Assembly: GCA_951406725.2 (NCBI GenBank)
Contig: OX597814.1
Coordinates: forward strand, 15,376,001-15,440,000
DNA: 64,000 nucleotides
Direction: 5' to 3'
Origin: Octopus vulgaris
Taxonomy: Eukaryota
The position numbers and the translations under genes were made by a program. The notes under the pieces are model-generated. The model saw nothing but the letters and a program-made list of their open reading frames with translations, ran no database searches and was not told the DNA's origin. Positions 1-13,655 of the stretch are shown here, one piece after another; positions within the stretch are counted from its first letter, which is position 1; the number at the start of each line of letters is the position of its first letter.

Positions 1-174
1 ATGCTAAAAAGAGCTACTGAATTTTCCCCAATTCACGTCCGGTTGCCTTAAAAAAAAAATATGTACACGCCGAAATTACAGACTTGGCGTTGCACAATAT
101 GTAGACAAAAGGTCTCTCACTGAAGATGTATGTTTTTAGGCTTTCCCGGTGAGAAATTACTTTCAGCTAAATTA

Positions 175-280
175 TACACACACACACATACATGCAAGCA
201 CACATGCAAACACGCACACACACACACATGCAAACACACATACACAGACATATACATGCATACATACATACATACATACA

Positions 281-313
<33 letters not shown>

Positions 314-472
314 GCATGTATATATATGCGTGCATATATGTATGTATATCTATATATATATATATATATGTTTATTTACATATATATACATATTTATATA
401 CATATACATATATACATATATATATATATTTATATATATAGATATATTTGTATATATATATATATATATGTA

Positions 473-515
<43 letters not shown>

Positions 516-531
516 TTTGTATATATATATA

Positions 532-570
<39 letters not shown>

Positions 571-592
571 CGTATATATATATAACTTTATG

Positions 593-631
<39 letters not shown>

Positions 632-800
632 CACACACAATCACACATATTAATATACATACGTACATACACATACATTATATATATAATGTGTGTGTGT
701 GTATGAATGTATGTGCGTGCGTATATATGTACGGCTACACATATATTCACATGTATATGTACGTCCACACGTCCACCCACATTCAAACCCGTGAGTGCGA

Positions 801-869
<69 letters not shown>
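175..869. repeat. Compound microsatellite (CA)n/(TACA)n/(TA)n
   Basis: Read directly; accounts for the HT/YI/CV ORFs in the track. Confidence 0.97.
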
Positions 870-1151
870 GTGGTTAGAAGAGAGAGTGAGCGATGGACAG
901 AGGCAGACAGATAGACAGAATGACTGACAAACGCTTTGTAAAGCGGCTGATTATATGCATAGCGAAAACTCCTCTCCACTGTACGGACCTAACCTGTACT
1001 GGTAATACGTGTAACAACCCCCAATCTAGTACAGTGTAAATTTCATCACGGTTTGATTGAAATTCATCGATCGGGGTGTCTCTAAACATCATCACGTCGT
1101 TTTAATGTTTTATAATATTATCTTCGTAGGCCACGCTTCTTAATAAATTTT

Positions 1152-1467
1152 CTGTGCTAAGAAGCCTGCTTGCGAACTACATGGTTCTGGGTTGGTAGAC
1201 GGAAACTGAAAGAAGCCCATCGTATATATGTATATTTATGTGCGTGTATATGTGTCTGTGCTTTTCCCTCCAACGTCGCTTGACAACCGATGCTGGTGTG
1301 TTTACATCCCCGTAACTTAGTAGTTCGGCAAAAGAGACCGATAGAATAAGTACTAGGCTTACGAAGAATAAGACCTGGGGTCGATGTATTCGACTAAAGG
1401 CGGTTCTCCAGCATGGCCGCAGTCAAATGACTGAAACAAGTAAAAGACTAAAATAGTAAAAGAGTAA
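1152..1467 (+). mobile_element. tRNA-derived SINE, family A (internal microsatellite), with internal deletion
   Basis: Matches fuller copies at 13061-13477 and 59564-59962 (GGTAGACGGAAACTGAAAGAAGCCC...GCATGGCCGCAGTCAAATGACTGAAACAAGTAAAAGA); sequence between ATGGTTCTGGG and TTGGTAGAC is missing. Confidence 0.9.
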
Positions 1468-1501
1468 GCTGAATTTAAGAATTCTATGTGAGTGCTATCT
1501 T

Positions 1502-1915
1502 CAGCACCAACAAAAACGCTTGTATGTGTTTGCGGACTCCAAAAAGGTATTTGCCAGGATGTAGCATGCAGCAGTCTGACCAACCATGAGGCTATATAAC
1601 ATCATCAAAGCCACTAGAGCGGTTTGTGTGAACGGCAGCTTTGGCGAGTGGTCCAAAACAACAAACAGTGTAAGCCAAGGCTGCTCGCTCTCGCCAACAT
1701 TTTCCTGGAGAGGATTATGACCAATGCACTGGAAGACCACAATGGCACGACTAGCATTGGCCGTAAAAACGTAACAAACCTGCGCTTTGCAGGTACTGTC
1801 GGAGTGGCGGGTTCAGAACAAGAGTTGAAACAACTAGTAGAGCGTCTAGATAAGACCTGCAATGAATTTGGAATGGAGATAAGCGTAGAGAAACCAAAAG
1901 TTATGAGAAACTGCT
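1502..1915 (+). mobile_element. RTE-clade LINE reverse transcriptase remnant
   Basis: Frameshifted translation: VFADSKKVF...GEWSKTTNSVSQGCSLSP...LERIMTNALEDHNGTTSIGRKNVTNLRFA...LVERLDKTCNEFGMEISVEKPKVM. Confidence 0.88.
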
Positions 1916-2824
1916 CTACGGAATCAGTACTAGGAAAGGGATAAACGACTAAAACACTTGTATGTGGTTTTACAGCATTTTCGACGGCCAGTGATTGAAA
2001 CTAACAAAATAGTAATTTCAGATTTACGTAGAAAGGGAAACCTTTTTGAAGAGGTTTTGCTAGTCGGCACCTTCGAATTCAGTATATCCCTGGTATTTTA
2101 TTTTATCAAACCTGAGGGTGTGAAAGGTAAAACTGACCGCAGCGGGATTTGATCACAGAGTGTAAAGAGCCGGAACCAGGAGAGTAAATGGAAGCACTCC
2201 TTCGGTTACGACGACGAGGGTTCCGGTTGATCCGAATCAACGGAACAGCCTGCTCGTGAAATTAACGTGTAAGTGGCTGAGCACTCCACAGACACGTGTA
2301 CCCTTAACGTAGTTCTCCGGGATATTCAGCGTGACACAGAGAATGACAAGGCCGGCCCTTTGAAATACAGGTACAACAGAGACAGGAAGTAAGAGTGAGA
2401 AACCTAACAAACCTGCGCTTTGCAGATGATATTGTCGGAGTGGCGGGTTCAGAACAGGAATTGAAACGATTAGTAGAGCGACTAGACAAGACCTCCAATG
2501 AATTTGGAATGGAGATAAGCGTAGAGAAACCAAAAGTTATGACAAACTGCTCTACGAAATCAGTACTAGGAAAGGGATAAACGACTAAAACACTTGTATG
2601 TGGTTTTACAGCATTTTCGACGGCCAGTGATTGAAACTAACAAAATAGTAATTTCAGATTTACGTAGAAAGGGAAACCTTTTTGAAGAGGTTTTGCTAGT
2701 CGGCAGCTTCGAATTCAGTATATCCCTGGTATTTTATTTTATCAAACCTGAAGGTGTGAAAGGTAAAACTGACCGCAGCGGTATTTGATCACAGAGTGTA
2801 AAGAGCCGGAACCAGGAGAGTAAA
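1767..2824 (+). repeat. ~425-bp direct duplication (1767-2188 and 2400-2824) flanking a SINE fragment
   Basis: Manual alignment of both copies; copy 2 keeps the RT motif NLRFADD. Confidence 0.95.
2189..2400 (-). mobile_element. SINE family B, 5'-truncated
   Basis: Reverse complement matches the 3' half of the copies at 12126, 37856 and 52083 (...CGTCGTCGTAACCGAnGGAGTGCTTCC). Confidence 0.93.
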
Positions 2825-4481
2825 CCATTCTATTCAATGATCGAAAGTTTATAATAATTTTCTTCCTCTGAAACCAGTCAAATAATGAAATAATATTAGT
2901 TTCTGATTGTGAAAATCTGCGCTGTTCTAATCGCAATGAAGCAGAAAGAATTCTGTTAGTTTAGCATTTTTAGTCTGTTATCAGGATAAGCTCAAAACCT
3001 TTAATCTATTGTTAGGCGTCTCAACATCTTTGTTCTGTTATTTTTTCACCGTGCTATAGAAATACAAAATTAATTTTGATCTAGCTTAAAGGAATATTTT
3101 CATGTAAAATTCATTCTCTTTTGGTGTCTATTAGGAAATAAATAAATAATTAAAAATAAATTTCCTAATTGCAAATTGTTTCTGAAGTGGAAATATAATA
3201 GATATGATTTTGCGGTTTGTAAATGTTTATATGAAATTAATCATGGTTTTTAATACATTAACGCAAACTTATCACTTATAAGATTTAAACAAATATTTTT
3301 ATGAAAAGCCTTCACCTTATTCGTACAACACTATAGGTTACGACTAAATGATATTTGGATTTTTTCTTTTATATATTCAATCATACACTAAAGTATGAAG
3401 ACCTTGGGCTTTTCTCTGTTTTATTAATGTTTAAAATAACAAAATATTTTATATATATAAACTAGGAAATAAGAAGCTTGATGTTTTACAATAAAGTATT
3501 GTAACCAAGCTAACAAATAAACAAGCTTAATATCGAACCAGAAGTAGCCGTCTCGTATTTATTGAAGTAAAACTAGCACACAACGAAACAAAATGAAAAC
3601 CTTTTACAACAAACATATTAATGAAAGATTTACATAGATTTTATACCGATTAGTCACTTGCATTATCGTCCCACCAGAAATTTCAAGAGATGAAAGAAAG
3701 TAAAACAAGCTCAGGTCGACCTTGTTTGGCACACTTAAAGAAAGATTATTTGAAATATGACTAACGTGCTTTTAGTTGATTAATAACTATCAATTTTGTG
3801 AACAGCAGCTTCTTTTGCATGTGCTGTTTGATGGAATATTATAGTTGCTAGCTGGCGTATTGCATGCCATCTCATTCTATATAATCTTTTCTAAAGGAAA
3901 TTATTAACTGTTCAGTGTCAGCAATATTTCGATATGATTGCCGTTGCGCCAGCCTACTTTCGTTACTGCTGTTGCTCTCTTCATTATTATGGTTAATGCG
4001 TTTTTGCTGCACTGTTGTTGTTGTTGTTGTTACTCTTGCTATTAATTATACAGTGACGAGGCTAACGTTGTGTAAGCTGATAAACTACAGAAAAGGATTA
4101 TGCTGTAGCTGACACACAGAAAATAAAAGTGCAAGTAAAACAAATGAAAGGCAGTGTATTTCAAATACATTAGGATTCTACGTTTTATTACTGCACCGTT
4201 ATAAAATATATCAAACTAGAATGCCATAATATACTCACAGGAAATAATATAACACTAACAGAAGCGATATGTTTAGGTAATTTGTTGCGTCCATTGCATT
4301 CAACGGAGGAGTGTGCGCACTTGAAATATGATTTTGTGTCGTTATGCTTGCCAGTGCTTGACTGTACCAGTCTCAGACTCAACACTTAAATGTGTATATA
4401 TGTTGATGTATAACTAAGAATGTTTCAAAATACATACATATATGTGTGTGCATGTATCTTTCCCTCTTCCTCTCTCTCTAT

Positions 4482-4550
<69 letters not shown>

Positions 4551-4554
4551 TATA

Positions 4555-4710
4555 GTCAGTACACATTCTTTATTTTCTCTCCTTGTTTCTTTCTGTGTTC
4601 CCTTCTGTGGGAGAGCGTAGGCTCGAAACGTTAAAGACTTTTTCACTTCCCGAACGTTATTGTCTACACCACCTGTCTTCATCTTTTGTTGTTTTTGTGA
4701 ATTCTCCCTA
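4555..4710 (+). mobile_element. Putative PLE terminal fragment between (TA)n tracts, with HHR-like motif at 4600-4637
   Basis: Homologous to 57095-57270. CCCTT CTGTGGGA GAGC-GTAG-GCTC GAAA CG TT AAAGA; core degenerate in this copy. Confidence 0.6.
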
Positions 4711-4727
4711 TATATATATATATATAT

Positions 4728-5036
4728 TGAGAGAGAGATCTCAATACTTCACACGTATGTTTATTCGTCACGGATATCCCTCCAGCTTTGACCATGGTGA
4801 GTTGCTCACCGATCGGCTCTGTCTGTTTCCCCGCATCCGTTTCTCGCCACTCTTAATCGTACATACACACATAAAAGAGATACATACACATATACACTCC
4901 ACACACACACAGTATCGCTCCACACGTATCCCCCCCCCACACTCATTGGCGGTTTTGCACTCTTCCGTCTTAAAAAAAACACATTCTTTATATCTTTACA
5001 ACTTCCGGTCACTTATTTTTCATCCATATAACGACA
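4728..5036 (-). mobile_element. Possible solo LTR remnant
   Basis: Minus strand starts TGTCGTTATA, has AATAAA near the end and ends ...CTCTCA; no clear TSD or internal region. Confidence 0.3.
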
Positions 5037-5866
5037 CACGTTATTTCTTTATTTTGGAGTTGGCCATATGTACGGGAGTCGATTTGTTCGACTAAAGCAC
5101 TCAAGTCGGTGCATCAGCATGGCCGTATTTCAATGAGTGAAAGTAGTTACAGGTTAAAAAATTATACATACGTACATAGTCCTAAATAAATTGACATTGT
5201 TAAATTAAAATTACTTTTCTCTACATTAATATATATTATTTACCGAATGTTATAAATTTGAAGATCTGCAAAAAATTTAATTATCTGCATTTGAAGCGCA
5301 ATAAATCAAAAGCGTACAGCGTTTTTGTAAATTGAAAGAATGCTTCTGTATATGCCACAGTCCCACAAAATCATGTGCATAGTTGCACTCACATGCATCA
5401 GGCACACAGATATACCCACAAACACAAACTCAGAAACACACACGAAGAAGCACATATGAATTTTAATCTGCATCTTTACTTAGGTTAACGATGATATTCA
5501 TTTAATATGCCCTGCTACATCATAGATGATATATTTATAACACCACTTAAAGATAACGAGAAATATTAAATCGTAATTCAAACACAAGTACGAGCATATG
5601 TAGGCGCATGTATGTGTATGTATATAAGTATGTAATATATGTATCTACACACACACACACACATACACATATACACATGTATGTGCATGTGAGTGTTTGC
5701 CTACATATGAATGTATGCTTATATGTGTGTATTACAATTCAGCTTTACAATATCAGTACTAAAATCTAGTTGTTAAAATCTTCATGTAATGGCTGCGATA
5801 ACGCGATAAGATGTTGCACCAGCATTAATTAATGTATTTCTCTGTCTACACACACACACACACAAA

Positions 5867-5898
<32 letters not shown>

Positions 5899-7340
5899 TC
5901 TCTTTCTATTTCCTTCTCATCCTCTACCTATATATAATTACACATACACACACATTCGCATAAAGGGACTCAGCAAAATATATCTAGAATTTAAAAGTAG
6001 GACTACTAATACAATTAGCAAATTGCCAAACACAATCATACACACGTATATATATCTATGATATACATACATGCAAACATACAGCACATACCTGTCTACA
6101 AACATACGTATATACACATAAGGTAGAAGAAATATAAAGAAATATATTTTTAAGTATTTCTTTTATCTGTCATAGTTTCATATTAATAACCTATTTAATG
6201 CTGAAATAGATCAAAACAGATGCAAATTGATGATAATCTTGCTACAAATAAAAAAAAAAGACAGAAAAAAGAAATATAACAGGAAACTTGATAATGGTTT
6301 CAACATAGATTTTCAATAAATGCTTTATTCGATACTGCCGCCGTTATAAAAGAACATGTATATACTAGTGACTTATTTATATTCGAGTATAAATATTGTG
6401 TCTTTTCCATATTTTAAGTCTAACAACATTTCAGAGTTGGCTAAAATGAAATTATCGGAGATTATTGCCAAAAATTTGTCGCAAAAGACTTTGCTTAGTT
6501 TGAAAGGATAAAGAGAGGTAATTATATATCAGAAATCAATTTCTATGCCACTACACACGTTCTTCTTATCTACACTCTTACAGCTAGTTGTACTGGCTTA
6601 GGTAAAATGCTTCATATTTTGGTGTTTGCTTACACTCAAATATTCCGAATTTAGAACTTGAAATATAGAGATGTGATTAATTAGCCTGACTTCCAACAAA
6701 TTATACCAATTACATCAATCGCTCTCCAGAAATTTATAGATCTCTTTCCGGGGCATGTATTGTCGACAAAAGCCAGTTCTTTGACTGTGATTCTTTGTAT
6801 TAGTCACAGAAGAAGAGAAAACAATAACAAATACATTTACCGCGAATAGTGTAGAAGATGCGTAATGCCGCTAGAAATGTGGTTTATAATATTCATTATA
6901 GGACTACAAGATATCCAATAAAGAAGTATTTAGAAATTCGTAAAATACATAGATAGAAAGTACGGATAATTCAAGTAGTGTTTCGTGTTGTCAAGGAAGG
7001 CAGCAGATACAATGAAACTCAGGCTGAAATGATAGGTCAGAAAAGATAAAAAGTAACACCAGAATAAATGGAAAAGGCTAAAATTGGAGCTTCAGAATGC
7101 CAGGTTAAGTTGATTATAAAATACACCATACATAACTTGTGCTTGTAAAAAAAAAAGATGTCAGTGAAGTAGAAATGGAAAAACTGCAACATTGTTTGAC
7201 AGGAGCATGACAAAAAGCAGAGACTGACGCATTCTTAATTGAGGCACACACCGCGAAAACAAGAAAAGCAGAATTCAGTAACTAACTATGGAATATAAGA
7301 TGTAGACTAAACAATTACCTCCCTTATATTAGACTATCCA

Positions 7341-7642
<302 letters not shown>

Positions 7643-7645
7643 CGA

Positions 7646-7815
7646 GGATGAGAAAGCAAGACTACTCTGGATATGCAAATATGCGTAGACAGAGGATCGA
7701 GATAAACTGGCCGGATATCATTGTAAAATTCAACAAGATAAAAGAAATGCCTCTAAGTAGATGCATCAGTCCAAATAGATTATCATGAATATGTCAAAGA
7801 AATATACATAATAAA
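7646..7815 (+). mobile_element. Highly decayed R4/Dong-like endonuclease fragment
   Basis: DEKARLLW...DR...NWPDIIVK resembles ENEKATILWD...DREIKANRPDIVV at 23530-23620. Confidence 0.55.
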
Positions 7816-7859
7816 ATTTTGAAGTATATTGTTCTTTCTGAGAATGTTATCACTCTTGT

Positions 7860-8497
7860 CCACCACTTATTCTCTATAATTTAAAATGACCGGCCACCAA
7901 AGAGCTGTGAGCGACTTTTGGCGTTGTATATGTCAGGCGTCCTGTCTTTGTCTATACTTGATCCACGCCTGTATCATAGATACGAGCTGTGAAAAATTGC
8001 GTCTGAAAACGGTGACCACACCTGCTCAACATCTAAGAGAGGTCTCTGCCTCGGCGTATGTCTGTGCAACATCAGTCGTGGAAAACTCAATCCTCCAATA
8101 ACATTTGTGGTTTGTGGGAGTATCGAGGAAAGTCTTCATTCATCAGAAGAAGTCTTATTACCCTACCTATTTTAGGGATAGACATATGCTAACTTAAGGA
8201 ATCTTCGTAATTTCTTTTCAAGTCCAGTACCAACAGCTTACCTTCTAGGTAATACTCTGTACCGTGAGACCCTTTCCAAATAACATAGGCATACACCTCC
8301 CTGACCTAATCGACTTGGAGATGCATACATCTCGTATACACCAAAAGTATTTATCTAGCCTTATGACTCGGAAATTCTAGCCTCTCTTATGACTACATTT
8401 ATATCTAGTGACCTAAGCTCGTCGAGCAGATGGCCTTACTTCTACGATGCACACAGGTTGCGAGCATGTAATGCTCCTATTATAAATGATGCCGTGT
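7860..8497 (-). mobile_element. Decayed L1/Tx1-like APE endonuclease region
   Basis: Minus translation FIIGALHARNLCAS*K*GHLLDELRSLDINVVIREARIS...GQGGV...EGKLLVLD resembles an APE N-terminus; many stops; 3' boundary uncertain. Confidence 0.45.
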
Positions 8498-10362
8498 TTA
8501 ATGGAAATGTGATAAAAGCCCACTTAATTTATTTCTGTGATAATTGTTGCTTATTATTTGATTGGTTATTGTTGCTTTTATTTTGTTCTCCTATAGTTTG
8601 CTGTGATAAGAGTGGATGGACATGGTAGCATTTCTGTCTTCTCCCTTACCGTTAATTCTGCTAATCTCTTTGACATGTTATTGGTTCTGTTGTTGCTGTT
8701 AGTGTTGTTTGTGATACCATTGTTGCTGCTACTTATACAGCTGTTACTGTATGTTTTTTATTAATAATTTGTCTGTGGTGGAACTTGACCACGAAATACG
8801 GTATCACCTTCTCGGTCTCCTTCCACCGTCTTCTCCATGTCTTGAAAAAATGTATTTTAGAATTTTTCCTTCTAAGGCAAGTAACAAACTCAGTTAGTCG
8901 GTCCCTTGCGATTTTAGTCAACTAAGAAACACGGTGAACTAAGAAACAAGTCAAGAAAAGCAAGTTTGCGAAAAGAGAAACAAAGTTGGAACCCATGGTG
9001 CTTCGACTTTTGTGACAAACTAAGACGGTGACAACAACAACAAAAACAATCCTTTGTACTAAAGGCACAAGGCCTGGAATTTTGGGGCAAGTAGTGGACT
9101 AGTCGATTACATTGACCCCAGTACAATAATAATAATAACAACAATAATAAAATTTGTTTCTAGAATATTAATAAGTTCCGAAATCACAAGAAGGGGAAAA
9201 ACTGATTATATCAACCAGATCCGCCGAAGAGATGAAACACAAAATCGACCTCAGCAAGATTTGAACTCAGAGCCAGAAGAAATAACACGACTGCTATGCA
9301 TGGTTATTGATACGAATGATAAACTATAGTATCTACTATTATATTATTTACATTATACGTAAAATTTATAATATACCATCAGGTATGCCGGTATGTTATA
9401 TTATAATTGATTATATATTACTATTATCGTCACATCATATACAATAAGATACATGACTTGAAATATTTATAACAGTTGTATAATGTAAACAAACCAATAC
9501 ACTTTGATAGATAATATAAATTCACAGATATAATATATCTGCAATTTAATCTATATCTCAGGTAACTTTTAGAAACAAGCAAACTATAAAAATGAATGAC
9601 TCATTTGCTATCGAAAGCGCTCATTTTTATGTCACTGGGACTATCAGAAATAGCCAAATCTTTAAGTTAAATCTTTTAGTTATTAAAAGGGATGTGCGCA
9701 TGTACTATCCGATTTGTGGGAATAGAATGGTGGGTTATTTACAAGGGGAACATATTTGATCTAAGATGGATCGAATCTCCCTTAGATCTACATAACAACT
9801 AGATATACTGGATAATATATATGTAACTAGGAAAAGCAGATATACTACAAATACAAATCATAAGTGATAAATGTAACTGGACCAACAACCAGAAATACAA
9901 TGCAATACATAGTAAATATTGTAAGTTGATTGATAAACAAACTAACAAACCAGCATAGCCAAGACTCAGCGTGCAAGAAATAGAAGCCATATCGCAACCA
10001 AATCATTCATCATAAAAAATATAGAATGGGCAGTAACTTTAGACAATGTAGTCCAAATTATACTAAGACTAGAAAGAAAATATTATAATAGTAATTGGTA
10101 ATGTAAGTTACGACAGGAATGTCTTTGCTCGTATATCTGTTGGTGAGCGTGACTGACATAGTGCTAAAATTATAACGTACCTATCCTACGTGACATCATT
10201 GTCTATATGAAATGTTTGATATACAAGTAAAGCCTACTTACATAACACAGCTAAATTAAACGAATTGGTATCAGAATTCGAGCAGAAAACTACAGAAGCA
10301 CAAACGCTTTATGTTTGGTGCCTAAATTTTCAGTCTTATAAATTGGAAATGAATAAAAGGAC

Positions 10363-10425
<63 letters not shown>

Positions 10426-12125
10426 TGTAGGTAAAATGTAGGTAAGAGCGAATCACAGAAGTCTTCTACAAAATTACGTGACAAAACAAGGGGAAGATAA
10501 ACGAATCAAATCCGATGAATACGAAGAAACTAGACACAAGGAAAGAAGAGAAAGAAAGAATAAAGGTGAGATACACAGAGGAGATAGAGAACAATTCACT
10601 AGTTTCTATTGACCTAATTGCAATTGCATGTAGATTTCGGATGATTTTCAGTTAAAATCAAATAGCTATACACACAAACCGAAAATAAGTTATGGAATCA
10701 ATGAGCGTAGTTTAAAAAATAACATTATTTATGTTTGTTAGTCGTTGAAATCATGAATATTAAATATATAGAAAATATCACTAGAGAAGTACCGTCAAGT
10801 TCTCTTTAAGTTTATTTCATGGCTTTCGACAACTACACTTTAGGTTGTAGACTTCAGTGCACCACCTCATAAAACTTTCTTGCATGCCTTGAATTGAGAT
10901 ACCTCTTTCGCAAGCATTGATGCATGTTCCCTGTTTCTCACAACCATTTATTTTTTCCCAACAAGCATTGACCTCGAGGACTTACGAACATGTATCACTT
11001 GCATCTATCTCAACAGTCAGATTAAACCAACAACTGGAGAAAAGCCGCCTCCCCATTTTTTCTAAATTTATAAGTTGAGATCATCATAATGCTCTTGATC
11101 ATCTCATTATAACCAAATCTATGGGATAACTTTCATGCCTTGGTTAACTTCTTGACAATAATATAATCTTAAGAGAATGAAACAGAAAACCAAAAGCTAC
11201 ATATTACGATTTATCGTAATACGATCAAGGGACATAAAGCTCCCCGGAACATCATAAATATACAGTGCAGTAGTTATGTAACAGTCGCTAAATGTTAAAC
11301 AGATGCAATTGCATTGGAAATGGCGCAACAAGACGATGTAAGCTATCATTTTCGATAAACACAGTTGGGAATACAGCAAACCTTTGATCTTAAGAAATGT
11401 AATATAAGGCATTTTTGATCTGCAAGTCGTATACCATATATCTTGAAATTGCCCTTTATTTAAGAGTCTTCCACTTATGTGAATTAGGAATATTAAAGGA
11501 AGTCTCATAAGAATGTTAGAATTAATATAAGTGCAAGTTATCTTAACGATAATAACCAAAATACCAATATTTATATACAAATCTGTTATCTGTTACTTTC
11601 TGTGGCTCGTCTAATATAAACTGCCGTATCAGACATGAAATTCAATGATACGTTATTGGAATTTGAAATAATAAGAAGCCCGGATAAAATAAGTTAACAT
11701 TTATTGCAAAAGTAACAATTGAGTGATATGGAAAGACGTATACAAACTCAGAGAGAAGGAAAATAAAATGCGTACAAGATAGAAGAAATACGCTAAATGA
11801 CACAGTTTATGACACGCAGAGAGAAGAAAATAAACTAAAGGAAATAGTAATAAAGAACATGAAGCCAGAGAGCTTGTACACCCAGCCATAACTCGTGGAT
11901 GACTATGTTTTTGTTACATGTACCCTGGTTTCGTGAATTGTTTTAATGCTTGTGTTCCAAGAAGAAATACACGTCCCCTCGGACCACCACCCTCGTCTAA
12001 GTGCGAAAAGAAAAAATGAACCAGCAAACCCTCTCCCATTAGATATCTCATCTGTGATATTCCGCAGTAAAGAGTACAAACCTAAAGCACAGCGATCTGG
12101 TTTATAGTCGTCATAGCTAATTTCA

Positions 12126-12509
12126 GGAGACGCAATGGCCCAGTGGTTAGGGCAGCGGACTCGCGGTCGTAGGATCGCGGTTTCGATTCCCAGACCGGGC
12201 GTTGTGAGTGTTTATTGAGCGAAGACGCCTAAAAAGCTCCACGAGGCTCTGGCAGGGGATGGCGGTGATCCCTGCTGTACTCTTTCACCACAACTTTCTC
12301 TCACTCTTACTTCCTGTTTCTGTTGTACCTGTATTTTAAAGGGCCGGCCTTGTCACTCTCTGTGTTACGCTGAATATCCCTGAGAACTACATTAAGGGTA
12401 CACGTGTCTGTGGAGTGCTCAGCCACTTGCACGTTAATTTCACGAGCAGGCTGTTCCGTTGATCGGATCAACCGGAACCCTCGTCGTCGTAACCGACAGA
12501 GTGCTTCCA
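12126..12509 (+). mobile_element. SINE family B, full length
   Basis: Pol III A box TGGCCCAGTGGT and B box GTTTCGATTCCC; TSD AGCTAATTTCAG (12115-12126 / 12512-12523). Confidence 0.95.
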
Positions 12510-12839
12510 TCAGCTAATTTCAGTTGAGTGGACTGGAACAATATCAAAGGAAATAATTTTCTCAAGGGTCAACTCTCCATCCATACAATGGATTACACTC
12601 ACGGCCATATGATCTGTAGGTCACTCACCTTTCTGAGTTAGAGTCACACATAATATAATTTGCTTAATGCATTCTGTTTTCTACTAAGAATTTATTAAGT
12701 ATATTGCTTAATATTTACGTTTCTAAAAGTGTATTTTATACATTAAAACGTAGGACAAAACGAATAGGGAAAATCTAAAGAGATGGAAGAACAAACGGGG
12801 TTAAAGAAACCTCGACAATCAAATAAAGCAAAAGTAATT

Positions 12840-13655
12840 CTTTTATTCTTTTACTTGTTTCACTCATTTGAGTGCGGCCATGCTGGAGCACCACTTTTAG
12901 TCGAACAAATCAACCCCAGGACTTATTCTTTGTTTTCCTAGTACTTATTCTATCGGTCTGATTTGCCAAACCGCTAAGTTACGGGGACGTAAACACACCA
13001 GCACCGGTTGTCAAGCGATGTTGGACACACGCACACACACACACAAACATATATATATATCTTTACTCTTTTACTCTTTTACTTGTTTCAGTCATTTGAC
13101 TGCGGCCATGCTGGAGCACCGCCTTTAGTCGAGCAAATTGACCCCGGGACTTATTCTTTGTAAGCCCAGTACTTATTCTATCGGTTTTTTTTGCCGAACC
13201 GCTAAGTGACGGGGACGTAAACACACCACCATCGGTTGTCAAGCAATGCTAGGGGGACAAACACAGACACACAAACATATACACACACACTTATATATAT
13301 ATATACATATATACGACAGGCTTCTTTCAGTTTCCGTCTACCAGATCCACTCACAAGGCATTGGTCGGCCCGAGGCTATAGCAGAAGACACTTGCCCAAG
13401 ATGCCACGCAGTGGGACTGAACCCGGAACCATGTGGTTGGTTAGCAAGCTACTTACCACACAGCCACTCCTGCGCCTCTATATATATGCATATATATATG
13501 CATATATATGCATATATACGACGGCCTTCTTTCAGTTTCCGTCTACCATATCCACTCACAAGGCTTTGGTCGGTCCGAGGCTATAAGAAAAAACATTTGC
13601 TTAAGGTGGCACGCAGTGGGACTGAACCCGGAACCATGTGGTTGCTAAGCAATCT
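12840..13655 (-). mobile_element. Cluster of three SINE family A pieces (3' half 12840-13025; full copy 13061-13477; 5' half 13517-13655)
   Basis: Mutual similarity; the layout fits a full copy inserted into the internal microsatellite of an older copy. Confidence 0.9.

Noticed and set aside
117-979. Long ORFs rich in YI/HT/CV (also near 7324, 29175, 54436, 61937)
   Set aside because: Translations of dinucleotide microsatellites that lack stop codons; no coding signal.
8770-8810. GTGGT/ACCAC stem followed by GAAATACGGTATC, hammerhead-like 3' half
   Set aside because: No valid 7-nt 5' core, at most a 2-bp stem I, and no PLE context.
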